Shown: positions 49,216 to 58,183, counted from the first letter of the stretch. The stretch is 64,000 nt of DNA from an uncultured Bacillales bacterium (GCA_964551195.1 CAZKBI010000004.1:4189-68188); one strand, 5' to 3'. The notes: a model not told the origin generated them from the sequence alone. Program-made: numbers and translations.

Positions 49216-50196
49216 TTAAAAATCTCTTTTCTCTTTTTTTAGAAATACATAAATCCCACTGTTTATTACCATAAATATAAGAATCAATAGAAAAAATTTT
49301 AAACCAAGGCTGTTGAAGAATTGATATTCAATATATTTCGAAAAACCCAAACCTATTACCCCAACCATTGCATATACGCTTATCAAGTAAACTGCAGGCG
49401 TAACGTATTTAATCATAAATAGAGCTTCATTATTCTGTTGGCGATCCTTCTCATAAATACTGTTCATTGTTTTTGATTCTTCTAAAATATCTTCAAGTGC
49501 CTGAAAAATATTTTCTCCGTAAACCAAGCTATATTTTAAATTTTCTGATAATATCTCTGACAAGTTCGTTTTTAAGGCATAATTGAAATTATTAACTGAA
49601 TCTATTATTTCAGCATCTGAATCGGCTTGTTTTATTGCCAGACTTAATTTAAGTAACGCTTTCTGTGAGTGAGGTGACTTTGTCAAGCGAGGAATCGTTT
49701 GGTCAATCGCCTCATACATATTACAATGATTAATTCGATATTGACTTATCAGTTCAATTAATAATTGCTCCAGTTCATTGCTCCCCGCTGATCTAATCGT
49801 CTGTAATCTAAGCAATAGAATAAAATATGGTATAGCCCCAAATATAATAGAAATGAATATAATCATAAGAATACTAATGCCGGCTTGATAGAGAAATAAT
49901 GCTGTAGATAAGGCAATTGCAATTGAAAAGAACAGTATTATGTATAGATTTCTTTTTCTGCTAATACCATAACTTGTCTCTGCTAGTAGCAAAAACCTGC
50001 CGTAGTAGTTGTTCCTAAATGTTTTTTTACCACTAGATTGAAGTAGCTTATATCTGTTATAAATATTCATTTTGTTATAAAGCTGATGTAAAAATGGAAG
50101 ACAGGCCAGGATAAATCCAATTAATAAAAACAAAGAAAATCCGATATATACAAGCACACTTATAATTTCGTTCACCTTAATTACTCCTTCTTTCAT
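49216..50196 (-). CDS. TadB-like platform protein (T2SS-F family, divergent)
   Basis: 326 aa with the same topology. Its start overlaps the stop of the upstream ATPase (ATGA). Confidence 0.55.
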   Translation of the reverse strand: MKEGVIKVNEIISVLVYIGFSLFLLIGFILACLPFLHQLYNKMNIYNRYKLLQSSGKKTFRNNYYGRFLLLAETSYGISRKRNLYIILFFSIAIALSTALFLYQAGISILMIIFISIIFGAIPYFILLLRLQTIRSAGSNELEQLLIELISQYRINHCNMYEAIDQTIPRLTKSPHSQKALLKLSLAIKQADSDAEIIDSVNNFNYALKTNLSEILSENLKYSLVYGENIFQALEDILEESKTMNSIYEKDRQQNNEALFMIKYVTPAVYLISVYAMVGVIGLGFSKYIEYQFFNSLGLKFFLLILIFMVINSGIYVFLKKEKRDF

Positions 50197-51620
50197 CGAC
50201 CATAAAACGGCCTAGTAATATTTTCTCCGACCATCGGATTTTTCTGCGCCAATCTGGCAAGTTCATTCTTGAAAGTCAAAAACGCAGCACTCTCTTCTTG
50301 CATAGCAATCTCCTCTTTATCAATACCAATGTCATATTTGTAATGCCAATCGTCTGTTTGGTAATTATACTTAACAATCTGATGGACGGTAATTTGTCTA
50401 GCAGCAGTATCGTAACGTAATTCATATACGCCCTTCAATCGTTTTTTCGAACGGTCCTGTAATTGGATAAATTCATACAAATAATGATATCCCTTGGCTA
50501 GCTTAACCATCGTAGATTGCAAGTCGCCACCAAATTTTGCAATAATTTCATTGGCAGCATCGTATACAAAATCTGCAGCATCTGTAGAATGAAATGTGCT
50601 TTTAACCCTACGGGTACCCTTTGTAGTTATTTTTAACGCTAAATTTAGAGCGACCGCATCACGCGCTTCAGCAAGTATGAAATAATCAGCATCCGAACGC
50701 ATCAGGGACTTTGTAATCTCATTAAGTCTTTCACCGTCGGCAATGATTTGTATTATGGGCGCATCCGGCATTATTTGATGAAGTGGGATCTCTGGATCAG
50801 TCTCAATTAGGACACCCTCCAAACTTCTATCCTCATAACTTTGCCAAGTCTCAAGAAACGTCGTTTTTCCACTCCTCACCGGCCCTATAAAGTTAACATT
50901 ATAACCAATCTTGATTTTAGCTTTAAGTAAGGGAATTATTTCCTCGGGAATAGTTCCCCGTCTTGCCTGCTCCTCAAAAGTTAAATGTTCAATAATATAT
51001 TTTCGAAATATAATTGTTGGTTCCTTTGCATCTTCAAAAATAGTAATACGTGTGCCATCTAGCATGTATACCTCAGCGTATTTATTGCTTAAATGAATCT
51101 CCGGATTGCGTAATAGGAGTGCTTTCCTCAATTGCTTTAAACGCTCCGCAGTTATTCGTTGTTGTTGGAGTTGCATCTTTCCATTTATTAAAAAAAATAT
51201 TTTTTCGCCAATGATTTTGGCAGAGCTACTTTCTTTTAAAATCTTCCATGGGGCAATAGCCGCTAAACCCCAGTTTTCATGAAATATTGCTGTAGTAAGA
51301 TTTTCATACCAAGATGGATACCAGGCGTTCTGTAAATTTCGTTTTTTTAAGTAAATTTCTATTTTAGAAATAAAATAATTCGACTCCGCCGAATAACCAA
51401 TAATTGCCCGCTTTTGATAATGTAACAATTGATCGGCTGTAGAATTATCCTTCCCCGATTCCATATCCCAACCCTCTAAAAAATTCTTGCTAACTTCTTT
51501 ACAGAGTTTCTGAAAACTTAACAGCTTCTGACTGTTGCTTAAGTTCTTTTCAACCTCTTCTTGCTTTGCTTCAGCCTCTTCTAAATATTTATTTAAAGAA
51601 AAACGAGTTTCTATCATCAC
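50193..51620 (-). CDS. Divergent CpaF/VirB11-like secretion ATPase (second ATPase of the locus)
   Basis: 475 aa. Has Walker A GPVRSGKTT, an Asp-box-like LIETDPEI, and a Walker B-like ADYFILAEARD. TTKGTRRVKSTFHS replaces the canonical His box. It sits in the canonical tadA position (tadZ-tadA-tadB-tadC). Confidence 0.65.
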   Translation of the reverse strand: MMIETRFSLNKYLEEAEAKQEEVEKNLSNSQKLLSFQKLCKEVSKNFLEGWDMESGKDNSTADQLLHYQKRAIIGYSAESNYFISKIEIYLKKRNLQNAWYPSWYENLTTAIFHENWGLAAIAPWKILKESSSAKIIGEKIFFLINGKMQLQQQRITAERLKQLRKALLLRNPEIHLSNKYAEVYMLDGTRITIFEDAKEPTIIFRKYIIEHLTFEEQARRGTIPEEIIPLLKAKIKIGYNVNFIGPVRSGKTTFLETWQSYEDRSLEGVLIETDPEIPLHQIMPDAPIIQIIADGERLNEITKSLMRSDADYFILAEARDAVALNLALKITTKGTRRVKSTFHSTDAADFVYDAANEIIAKFGGDLQSTMVKLAKGYHYLYEFIQLQDRSKKRLKGVYELRYDTAARQITVHQIVKYNYQTDDWHYKYDIGIDKEEIAMQEESAAFLTFKNELARLAQKNPMVGENITRPFYGR

Positions 51621-52780
51621 ATTCCACCTAGACTGTTCATCTTGCGTCTAATTAATCCTTCCCTTGTTTCAAGACGATAGGGTAGTTTTATTTGCATAGA
51701 AATAATCTTACATAAATAATCAATTTGGTTATTATAATTTTTTAGACCATAATGTAGTAGTGTTTTTTGTTCTATCTCTGCTTTCCATCCATAAAAGTCC
51801 GCATGGGGAACCACGGTTGCTAGGATTGTCCCGTACAAACTGCCTAATTGCTGACTAGTATACATAAAATCAGAGTGTATATATTTATTAACTACCAACA
51901 TGAATTGTTTAACATCAATGCCTAAGCCGTTTAGCACCTGAGATTCAATTCTTTTATACTTTTTGCGTACCGCCTCTTGCTGAGTTACGACTAAATATCT
52001 GGTTTTAGCTAGTTGAATTGAAGCTATGGCCAAGCCAGAATCAATCTCGCCCCCAGCATCAATCAACACCAGGTCAAACTTGTTAGCTGCCATTTTTATT
52101 AAGTCTTTTATGTGCTTGGGATGAAACAGCTTGGCATCCGGAGAATATTTTACCCCAGGCAAGATGTATAGGCTCTCGACTTCTTTTATACAGGCATTCA
52201 CTAATTCATCTTCTTCCAAAATATTGTTGAATAATTTAATTTTCAGGTTATCAATACCTGTTTCTAGGTCATTCTTCACATACTCCATACTCGGATTACT
52301 GTTTAGACAGAGTAACCCAACACTTACATCAGTGTGCTTAGCAAGCATTTCAGCGACGCTATGAGACAACATCGTCGTTCCAACTTTGTTATCTGCACCA
52401 AAAAAAGTTATTACATTATCCAATTCATTTGCTTCAGAGGACCTTATTTTTAAAATTTTATCAACTATTTTCTCTTCGGTAAGCTTGCTGGAGATTAATT
52501 CAATCCCACTTAACCGACAGATGACTTTCATATTATTCAGTATATTAATATCGTAATCATAAGAATAGATAAAAAATACTTTGCTCTTTTTATTATTCAT
52601 ATTTTTATTTCCCGCAACTGTTGCTTGAACTTTTTCATAACTAATCATTTTTTCAGATATTACAATAATTTCCGCGTCTTCATGACCACTGATTACATCT
52701 GTCTCTTCCACTTCAATATTGCTCATTGTCCGTAATATATTAGCTACTTTACTATTTTCCGCTATGATCAGAATTTTCAT
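51617..52780 (-). CDS. TadZ/CpaE-like protein (atypical receiver domain + degenerate ParA/MinD ATPase domain)
   Basis: 387 aa. The N-terminal receiver-like fold lacks the acidic pocket (IIAEN, IIVISEKM). The central region FFGADNKVGTTMLSHSVAEMLA is a deviant P-loop, followed by a ParA-like LVLIDAGG block. Confidence 0.6.
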   Translation of the reverse strand: MKILIIAENSKVANILRTMSNIEVEETDVISGHEDAEIIVISEKMISYEKVQATVAGNKNMNNKKSKVFFIYSYDYDINILNNMKVICRLSGIELISSKLTEEKIVDKILKIRSSEANELDNVITFFGADNKVGTTMLSHSVAEMLAKHTDVSVGLLCLNSNPSMEYVKNDLETGIDNLKIKLFNNILEEDELVNACIKEVESLYILPGVKYSPDAKLFHPKHIKDLIKMAANKFDLVLIDAGGEIDSGLAIASIQLAKTRYLVVTQQEAVRKKYKRIESQVLNGLGIDVKQFMLVVNKYIHSDFMYTSQQLGSLYGTILATVVPHADFYGWKAEIEQKTLLHYGLKNYNNQIDYLCKIISMQIKLPYRLETREGLIRRKMNSLGGM

Positions 52781-53451
52781 TATTCAACCCCCTCTACATA
52801 TAAAATAATAATTTTATCCCCAACCCTAACAATCTCAGTTAATTGTGCTATTTCATCTAAATCTAAAACTACAGAAACTTCGGCAATTATTCCTGTGCCA
52901 TCCATTCGATCTCTTTTACCCGTGCTGACTATTTCCCGATTCATACTATCTTTCACATATGCAACCTCAGTTTCAAAAAGGACTCCGCTTGTGCTTTCTT
53001 GTTGACCAAATCTATAAAGATACACTTTATCCTGTCTTCGCAAGGTATTAGGCATCGAATAGATCCAATCACTCGGTATTCTAATAATATATTGATCTAC
53101 TGCTAATTTGACCTCAGTTGTAGAGAAGTATCTAGGATGGAGTAAGCTTCCTTGCGGTATATAGGAAATCGATTCCAATCCAACAATTTCACTAATATCG
53201 TCAATAGCACCAGTAAAAATCTTGCTTTTTTCAAAACTCTGGTAAGTAAGTAACGACTCTTCAATTAGTACTCCCCGATCGATATCTTGGTTTAACACCA
53301 ATCTCTCCTCATACAGAAAATGCTCGCGTCCAGCTGTTTCCCAGAACCAAATAAGAGTTAACACTATCACGATTAGAACTAGACCAAGTGCTGGTATGAG
53401 ATAACTTAAAAAACTTCTTAACTTGCTTCTAATATTATTTAATTCCCGCAA
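52780..53451 (-). CDS. CpaB/RcpC-like protein (N-terminal TM + SAF domain)
   Basis: 223 aa with one TM segment, then a SAF-like segment (VLNQDIDRGVLIEESLL...IVGLESISYIPQGSLLHPRYF). The TTG start follows a GAAGGTGA RBS. Confidence 0.6.
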   Translation of the reverse strand: MRELNNIRSKLRSFLSYLIPALGLVLIVIVLTLIWFWETAGREHFLYEERLVLNQDIDRGVLIEESLLTYQSFEKSKIFTGAIDDISEIVGLESISYIPQGSLLHPRYFSTTEVKLAVDQYIIRIPSDWIYSMPNTLRRQDKVYLYRFGQQESTSGVLFETEVAYVKDSMNREIVSTGKRDRMDGTGIIAEVSVVLDLDEIAQLTEIVRVGDKIIILYVEGVE

Positions 53452-53455
53452 AAAA

Positions 53456-55156
53456 TCACCTTCTTAAGAAACTAGATTTATATTCTTTACGTGAGCTATT
53501 AACTTTAGCTCTATCCATCACAATCAGATCTGCAGCTATTCCGCTTAAAGCACCTTTAAGTAGCTCACCAACATTAGTATATTCATAGAGAATATCTCCG
53601 TTAAAAGTTGCACGATGGATATGTGATAGTTCGATGTTTGGACAGAAATGAATTGGTGCAAAATCAAATAATTTCAATAATTCTCGCTTGGGCACACTTT
53701 CTGTCCAGTTATTTAATATTAGTTTAACCTTTACACCCTCTTTCACTAACTCACACAACTTGGATAAGCGACGTAAATTCTGTGCAATATTAATTAATAT
53801 TGGATCTATAACCACTAGTAAACAATCTACATTCTTTAAAGCATTTTCAATTGCCGGGTGCTCTATGTAATTTCCAACGTCGATTAATGAAATACTATTC
53901 TTGCGTGATGAGTAAAGAAGATTCAACATCATCATGTCATCCCAGTTCTCCTCCTTTATTAAGGGCCGTCGGGGATCTACGAGAGTCCACGTAATCCCTT
54001 TAGCTGAGTACATTTTATTTTTTAATAGTGGTTTTCCTTCATACAGTTCATGGACCGTACTATAAAAGCCTTGTTCCTCCTTGATTAGATTCCCTAGTCT
54101 TTCTACACCAAGATAATCAAAGAGATATGGACTAAAAGGTATTTCAACAACATTAGGAACTATACTTAATTCACTAATATATTTTGCTAAGTTAATTGTT
54201 ATAAAAGTTGAGCCGGCACACTTTGAAAGTGAGCAGATCATGACCTGCGATATATTTTCTACCAAACTGAACTGATCCATTTCTGGATTTGCAATAATTT
54301 CTTCTTTAGTCGATTTATCGTTTAGCAGCTTTGTGTGGTCATGGTAATAAGTATTTGCAATTTCTAGCTCTCTTTGTACATCTGCGACATTCTGATAGCG
54401 GGTTTCTGGATCATACATAAGTGATTTATTTACGATCGAATATATTATGATTGGTAGGTCATTACGAAGGTGTTGAAGGGGTTTTCGTACACTGTAGTAG
54501 TGCTTTCCTCCACTAAATAGATAATAGAGTAAGGCACCAAGAGAATAAATATCAGATCGATGATCAGTATCTCTTAACCCAAGTTGTTCTGGTGCAGCAT
54601 ACCTCACTGTCCCTAATTGTGCTGTATCAAGTTCTCCTTCCAGAATATAATCCTTGGCAATTCCGAAATCGATTAATTTAATGTTATCTTGGTCGTCTAT
54701 TAAAACATGCTCAGGTTTGAGATCTCGATAGATAACAGGTGCTGGTAACTCATTATGTAAATAATTGAACACCTCACATAACTGCATTGCATATTTTATA
54801 ATCTTTATCTCAGAAAGAACTTGTCCACTCTCTACAATCTCTTGTAAACTGTTACCCTCGATATAATCCATAACTAAATAGGAACGCCTAATATCTTTTT
54901 CGTAATAGTAGTCAATAATTTTCGGCAGGTATGGGTGTTCAAGTTTTGCTAAGAGTTTAGCCTCTCTAATAAAATTGTCCCCCTCCATTCGCTTATTCTC
55001 TACCTCTTTAATAGCCCAACACTTGCCTTCTATTCTCAAATCTTCGGCATAATACACTATTCCCATAGCACCATGGCCAATTATGGAGGTTATTTTATAT
55101 CTTTTATTAAAGATCTCACCAATTGTTAGTACACCTCGATTATCAATAACCATCAC
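53456..55156 (-). CDS. Hanks-type Ser/Thr protein kinase fused to a degenerate ParA/TadZ-like domain
   Basis: Residues about 15-270 form the kinase: GHGAMG Gly-loop, AIK lysine, YRDLKPEH catalytic loop, DFG, and APE in GTVRYAAPE. Residues about 303-545 are ParA/MinD-like: VMICSLSKCAGSTFITINLA, SLIDVG, CLLVVIDP, KLILNNW. Confidence 0.8.
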   Translation of the reverse strand: MMVIDNRGVLTIGEIFNKRYKITSIIGHGAMGIVYYAEDLRIEGKCWAIKEVENKRMEGDNFIREAKLLAKLEHPYLPKIIDYYYEKDIRRSYLVMDYIEGNSLQEIVESGQVLSEIKIIKYAMQLCEVFNYLHNELPAPVIYRDLKPEHVLIDDQDNIKLIDFGIAKDYILEGELDTAQLGTVRYAAPEQLGLRDTDHRSDIYSLGALLYYLFSGGKHYYSVRKPLQHLRNDLPIIIYSIVNKSLMYDPETRYQNVADVQRELEIANTYYHDHTKLLNDKSTKEEIIANPEMDQFSLVENISQVMICSLSKCAGSTFITINLAKYISELSIVPNVVEIPFSPYLFDYLGVERLGNLIKEEQGFYSTVHELYEGKPLLKNKMYSAKGITWTLVDPRRPLIKEENWDDMMMLNLLYSSRKNSISLIDVGNYIEHPAIENALKNVDCLLVVIDPILINIAQNLRRLSKLCELVKEGVKVKLILNNWTESVPKRELLKLFDFAPIHFCPNIELSHIHRATFNGDILYEYTNVGELLKGALSGIAADLIVMDRAKVNSSRKEYKSSFLRR

Positions 55157-55160
55157 CCCC

Positions 55161-56282
55161 TTAACTTATTAAAGTTCTAACTCGATACTCAGTTGTCGCA
55201 AGTTTAATCCTGTCCCCCTCTCCTATTGGATACAACTTATTTGCATCTAATTCAACCCCATTTAGAAAAGAACCATTCTTTGAATCTAAATCCTTAATTA
55301 AATAACCATTAATATCTCTAATTATTTCGAGATGCACTCTTGAAATTACATTGGAATCTTCATAATGATTTACTATGTTTTTGTTTCTTCCAATGATGAA
55401 ATTTGGCTGATCTAAATCTATTCTTTCCGTCTGTCCATCGTGATCTTTTTCTAAATAAAACAAAGGAACAGCCTTTAGCAGATGACGAGTCTCGGCTAGT
55501 TTTTCTTCCTTATCTTCATCTTCGCTAACATTAATTAAAAGGTCTTTTCCAACATAGCTACTAATCGTTTCATGTCTACCCTTCGAAAAAGAAATTCGCG
55601 GCCAATTAAAGATCCTGTTCCTTTTTTCGTTATCACTTACTCTATTGTTCTCTGCTTTATCCGATGTTACAATCGTCTCTTTCCCGTCTACACTTGATTC
55701 ACCGTGGTTTTTACTGTCAACTCTTCTATAAAGTTCTTCTATCGTAAATTCGCAACTATCAAAATAATCTATAACATTATTATAAAAATTTAGTTCTACC
55801 CCATGACTCTCTTTAAAAATATCGATAAACAATTGTTTAAATTCATTCGCCATACTGGCTTCTTTATTAAGCTCTTTTAATGGCAAGTAGATTAAGTGTG
55901 GTTTATTTTTGTCGATATCAATATAAATTAGCGGTAATTTCATTATGTATTTATTAACATCTAATAAGTACTTGCTACTATTTCTTATTACATTGATTAT
56001 TTCTAGATAAACTCCTCGCATCAGGTCCCCACCATATTGCTCCGTCATTAAGTAATTATTTAATAATTTATAGCCTCTCACATCATAATAGAACTTAATA
56101 TTTAAATTGAATTCTTCAAGTACTAAAGGCACATGTCCTAACAAACTATTTGCGCTCAACATTTCTGCTTGAACTCCTATTATCTCTTCAGCTCTTAGCC
56201 CTTCCGCCCTATCAATCACCAGGCTATTATAATCCCCGTTTAAATAATTTATGCGCAGGTTATATACTTCTCCGACCAACAA
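55161..56282 (-). CDS. FHA-domain protein with uncharacterised N-terminal domain
   Basis: The C-terminal roughly 90 aa form an FHA domain (FIIGRN ... ISRVHLEI ... DLDSKNGSFLNG). I could not assign the N-terminal roughly 200 aa. The TTG start (56282 or 56279) follows an AGGGGGAG RBS embedded in the 3' end of cpaF. Confidence 0.8.
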   Translation of the reverse strand: MLVGEVYNLRINYLNGDYNSLVIDRAEGLRAEEIIGVQAEMLSANSLLGHVPLVLEEFNLNIKFYYDVRGYKLLNNYLMTEQYGGDLMRGVYLEIINVIRNSSKYLLDVNKYIMKLPLIYIDIDKNKPHLIYLPLKELNKEASMANEFKQLFIDIFKESHGVELNFYNNVIDYFDSCEFTIEELYRRVDSKNHGESSVDGKETIVTSDKAENNRVSDNEKRNRIFNWPRISFSKGRHETISSYVGKDLLINVSEDEDKEEKLAETRHLLKAVPLFYLEKDHDGQTERIDLDQPNFIIGRNKNIVNHYEDSNVISRVHLEIIRDINGYLIKDLDSKNGSFLNGVELDANKLYPIGEGDRIKLATTEYRVRTLIS

Positions 56283-57504
56283 AAGCTCCCCCTAACCCCG
56301 CTTGCTTTAGCTTGTCTATCCCTAGAAGGCTGTTGCCAGTTGCTTGCAGCTCACCAAAGAGTCCACCCTGCTCATCTAATCCAGTCTCAACGAAACGATA
56401 TAGTCTATTTAATTGAATTTCATTATTAACCATTCCAGTAATCTCGCTTATTTCAATTATTCGACGCGTGTTATCCCTTAATTTCGCCAAATGAATAATT
56501 ATGTCTATCGCCGAACTAATTTGTTTGCGAATGGCAACAATCGGAATATTAGCTCCCCTTAGAACCATTACCTCTAACCTACTCAGCATATCCTCGGCAC
56601 TGTTCCCGTGGCCTGTAGAGATAGAGCCATCATGGCCTGTATTCATTGCTTGTAGCATATCTAATGCTTCATGGCCCCGCACTTCTCCAACAACGATGCG
56701 ATTGGGTCGCATTCTAAGGGAGGCTCTAATTAAATCGCTGATTGTTATCTCGCCCTTGCCCTCAGTATTCGCATTGCGAATCTCTAGCCTGACAAGATTC
56801 TCAATATTCGTTATTTGTAGCTCTGCAGAATCTTCAATTGTAATAATTCTTTCTTTATCTGGGATAAAATTTGACAGCACATTTAAGAAGGTCGTTTTGC
56901 CAGAGCCTGTTCCACCGCTGATAAAAATATTGTATTTTGCCTTTACCAGCAGATCTAGAAAAATGGCAGCTTCTTCTGACAATGTATTATTTTCAATTAA
57001 ATGGTCAATTGTAAGTGGGTTCTTAGGGAATTTACGAATTGTCATTGTTGGACCATCCAATGCGAGGGGAGGAAGGACGATATTTACTCGGGACCCGTCC
57101 TTCATTCTTGCATCTACAATAGGGGAGGATTGGTTTACTACTCTATTTACCTTAGAAACAATCATCTGAATTATATCTTCTAGCCGTTCTTTACTTTCAA
57201 ACTCTACTCTTGTTTTTTTTATTTCACCATTCTTTTCAACAAAAACTTGATTATACCCGTTAACCATTATCTCGGTTATCTCATCTTTTTCAATTAAGGG
57301 CTGTAGAACATCATATCCTCTAAACGAATTAAAAATGCTATCCGCTAAATCGATTTTCTCCTTTGTCGATAGGACAATTGCGGTTGCGTATTCGAACACT
57401 TTCTCTTCAATATATAGACGAATCTCTTCATCAGTAACTAGGTATAAATCATTTATCTGCTCACGTATCTGATTTCTTAATAACTTGCTTCTTTCAACAT
57501 TCAT
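56260..57504 (-). CDS. CpaF/TadA-family type IV pilus/secretion ATPase (canonical)
   Basis: 414 aa with Walker A GGTGSGKTT, Asp box IITIEDSAEL, Walker B RIVVGEVRG, and His box MNTGHDGSISTGH. Confidence 0.9.
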   Translation of the reverse strand: MNVERSKLLRNQIREQINDLYLVTDEEIRLYIEEKVFEYATAIVLSTKEKIDLADSIFNSFRGYDVLQPLIEKDEITEIMVNGYNQVFVEKNGEIKKTRVEFESKERLEDIIQMIVSKVNRVVNQSSPIVDARMKDGSRVNIVLPPLALDGPTMTIRKFPKNPLTIDHLIENNTLSEEAAIFLDLLVKAKYNIFISGGTGSGKTTFLNVLSNFIPDKERIITIEDSAELQITNIENLVRLEIRNANTEGKGEITISDLIRASLRMRPNRIVVGEVRGHEALDMLQAMNTGHDGSISTGHGNSAEDMLSRLEVMVLRGANIPIVAIRKQISSAIDIIIHLAKLRDNTRRIIEISEITGMVNNEIQLNRLYRFVETGLDEQGGLFGELQATGNSLLGIDKLKQAGLGGAFVGRRSI

Positions 57505-57652
57505 TTCCCTATTCCTATCTACATAAATCTAATTACAAATTATAGTTTTATTGTAAAACTTTGACATCGTTCTACTATAATAAATCATAAATTAATATTT
57601 GTCACTAGATAAAAACAACTTATTTCAAATAAATATTATCCGCTAATGGACA

Positions 57653-57686
57653 ACAAAAAACGACACGGCAGCTAGCTACCGTGTCG
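57653..57686 (-). terminator. Rho-independent terminator upstream of the Tad-like operon (ends the preceding gene)
   Basis: Minus strand: CGACACGG...CCGTGTCG stem (57686-57661) followed by TTTTTTG. Confidence 0.75.
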
Positions 57687-57711
57687 ATAAAATATTGTCG
57701 AATTAATGTTG

Positions 57712-58023
57712 TCAAGATGGTAGATTACAAATTACGATTGTAAGGATTGAACTTATTAATAAAAAAAAGATTGCAACAGCAATAAATAAGGTGGAAACAT
57801 TTAAAATAGCAAGATTTTTAATCTCACCCTTTCCTTCTCTGAAAAATTTAATTAACACCATTGTTAAGCCAACAATTAAAAAAATGATTGAAATATAAAA
57901 CAAGATATTTACGAAACCTACTACCGGCACATTAAAATACCATGCATAAAGACGTAGACTAACAAATATTACGCCTGTTAATAAAATAACTTTAAGAACG
58001 AATATGAATAAATTTCGCTTCAT
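57712..58023 (-). CDS. Small membrane protein, unknown function
   Basis: 103 aa with three hydrophobic segments; no motif recognised. Confidence 0.4.
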   Translation of the reverse strand: MKRNLFIFVLKVILLTGVIFVSLRLYAWYFNVPVVGFVNILFYISIIFLIVGLTMVLIKFFREGKGEIKNLAILNVSTLFIAVAIFFLLISSILTIVICNLPS

Positions 58024-58183
58024 CTTTTATCCACCTCAAGCTTTAACTCTATTTTGCCAACAGCAGTATAAATGCACCATCTATCATAATTATAAACCGT
58101 AATACCTGAAGACAGCTCCATTAAATATGTATTCTTTATAACAATTTCCGAGTGGCCTCTCTGGAAGCCCATTGCTAAATCTT

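Noticed and set aside
56501-57169. 222-aa plus-strand ORF antisense to the CpaF gene
   Set aside because: It is fully embedded in a strongly supported ATPase CDS, has no RBS, and translates to low-complexity Ser/Ile/Leu-rich sequence. The same reasoning applies to 57001-57183.
57539-57566. Promoter for the Tad-like operon (minus-strand TATAAT at 57544-57539; plus-strand TTGACA at 57561-57566)
   Set aside because: The perfect -10 has only a weak -35 (TGTCAA, 16-nt spacing). The TTGACA is on the wrong strand. A promoter is surely in 57505-57652, but I cannot place it with confidence.
47144-58183. Treating the Tad-like block as a mobile genomic island
   Set aside because: I found no integrase, transposase, recombinase or flanking direct repeats. 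The tRNA array is more than 5 kb away, behind housekeeping genes. The composition looks more AT-rich by eye, but I cannot quantify it here, so I call it accessory rather than mobile.
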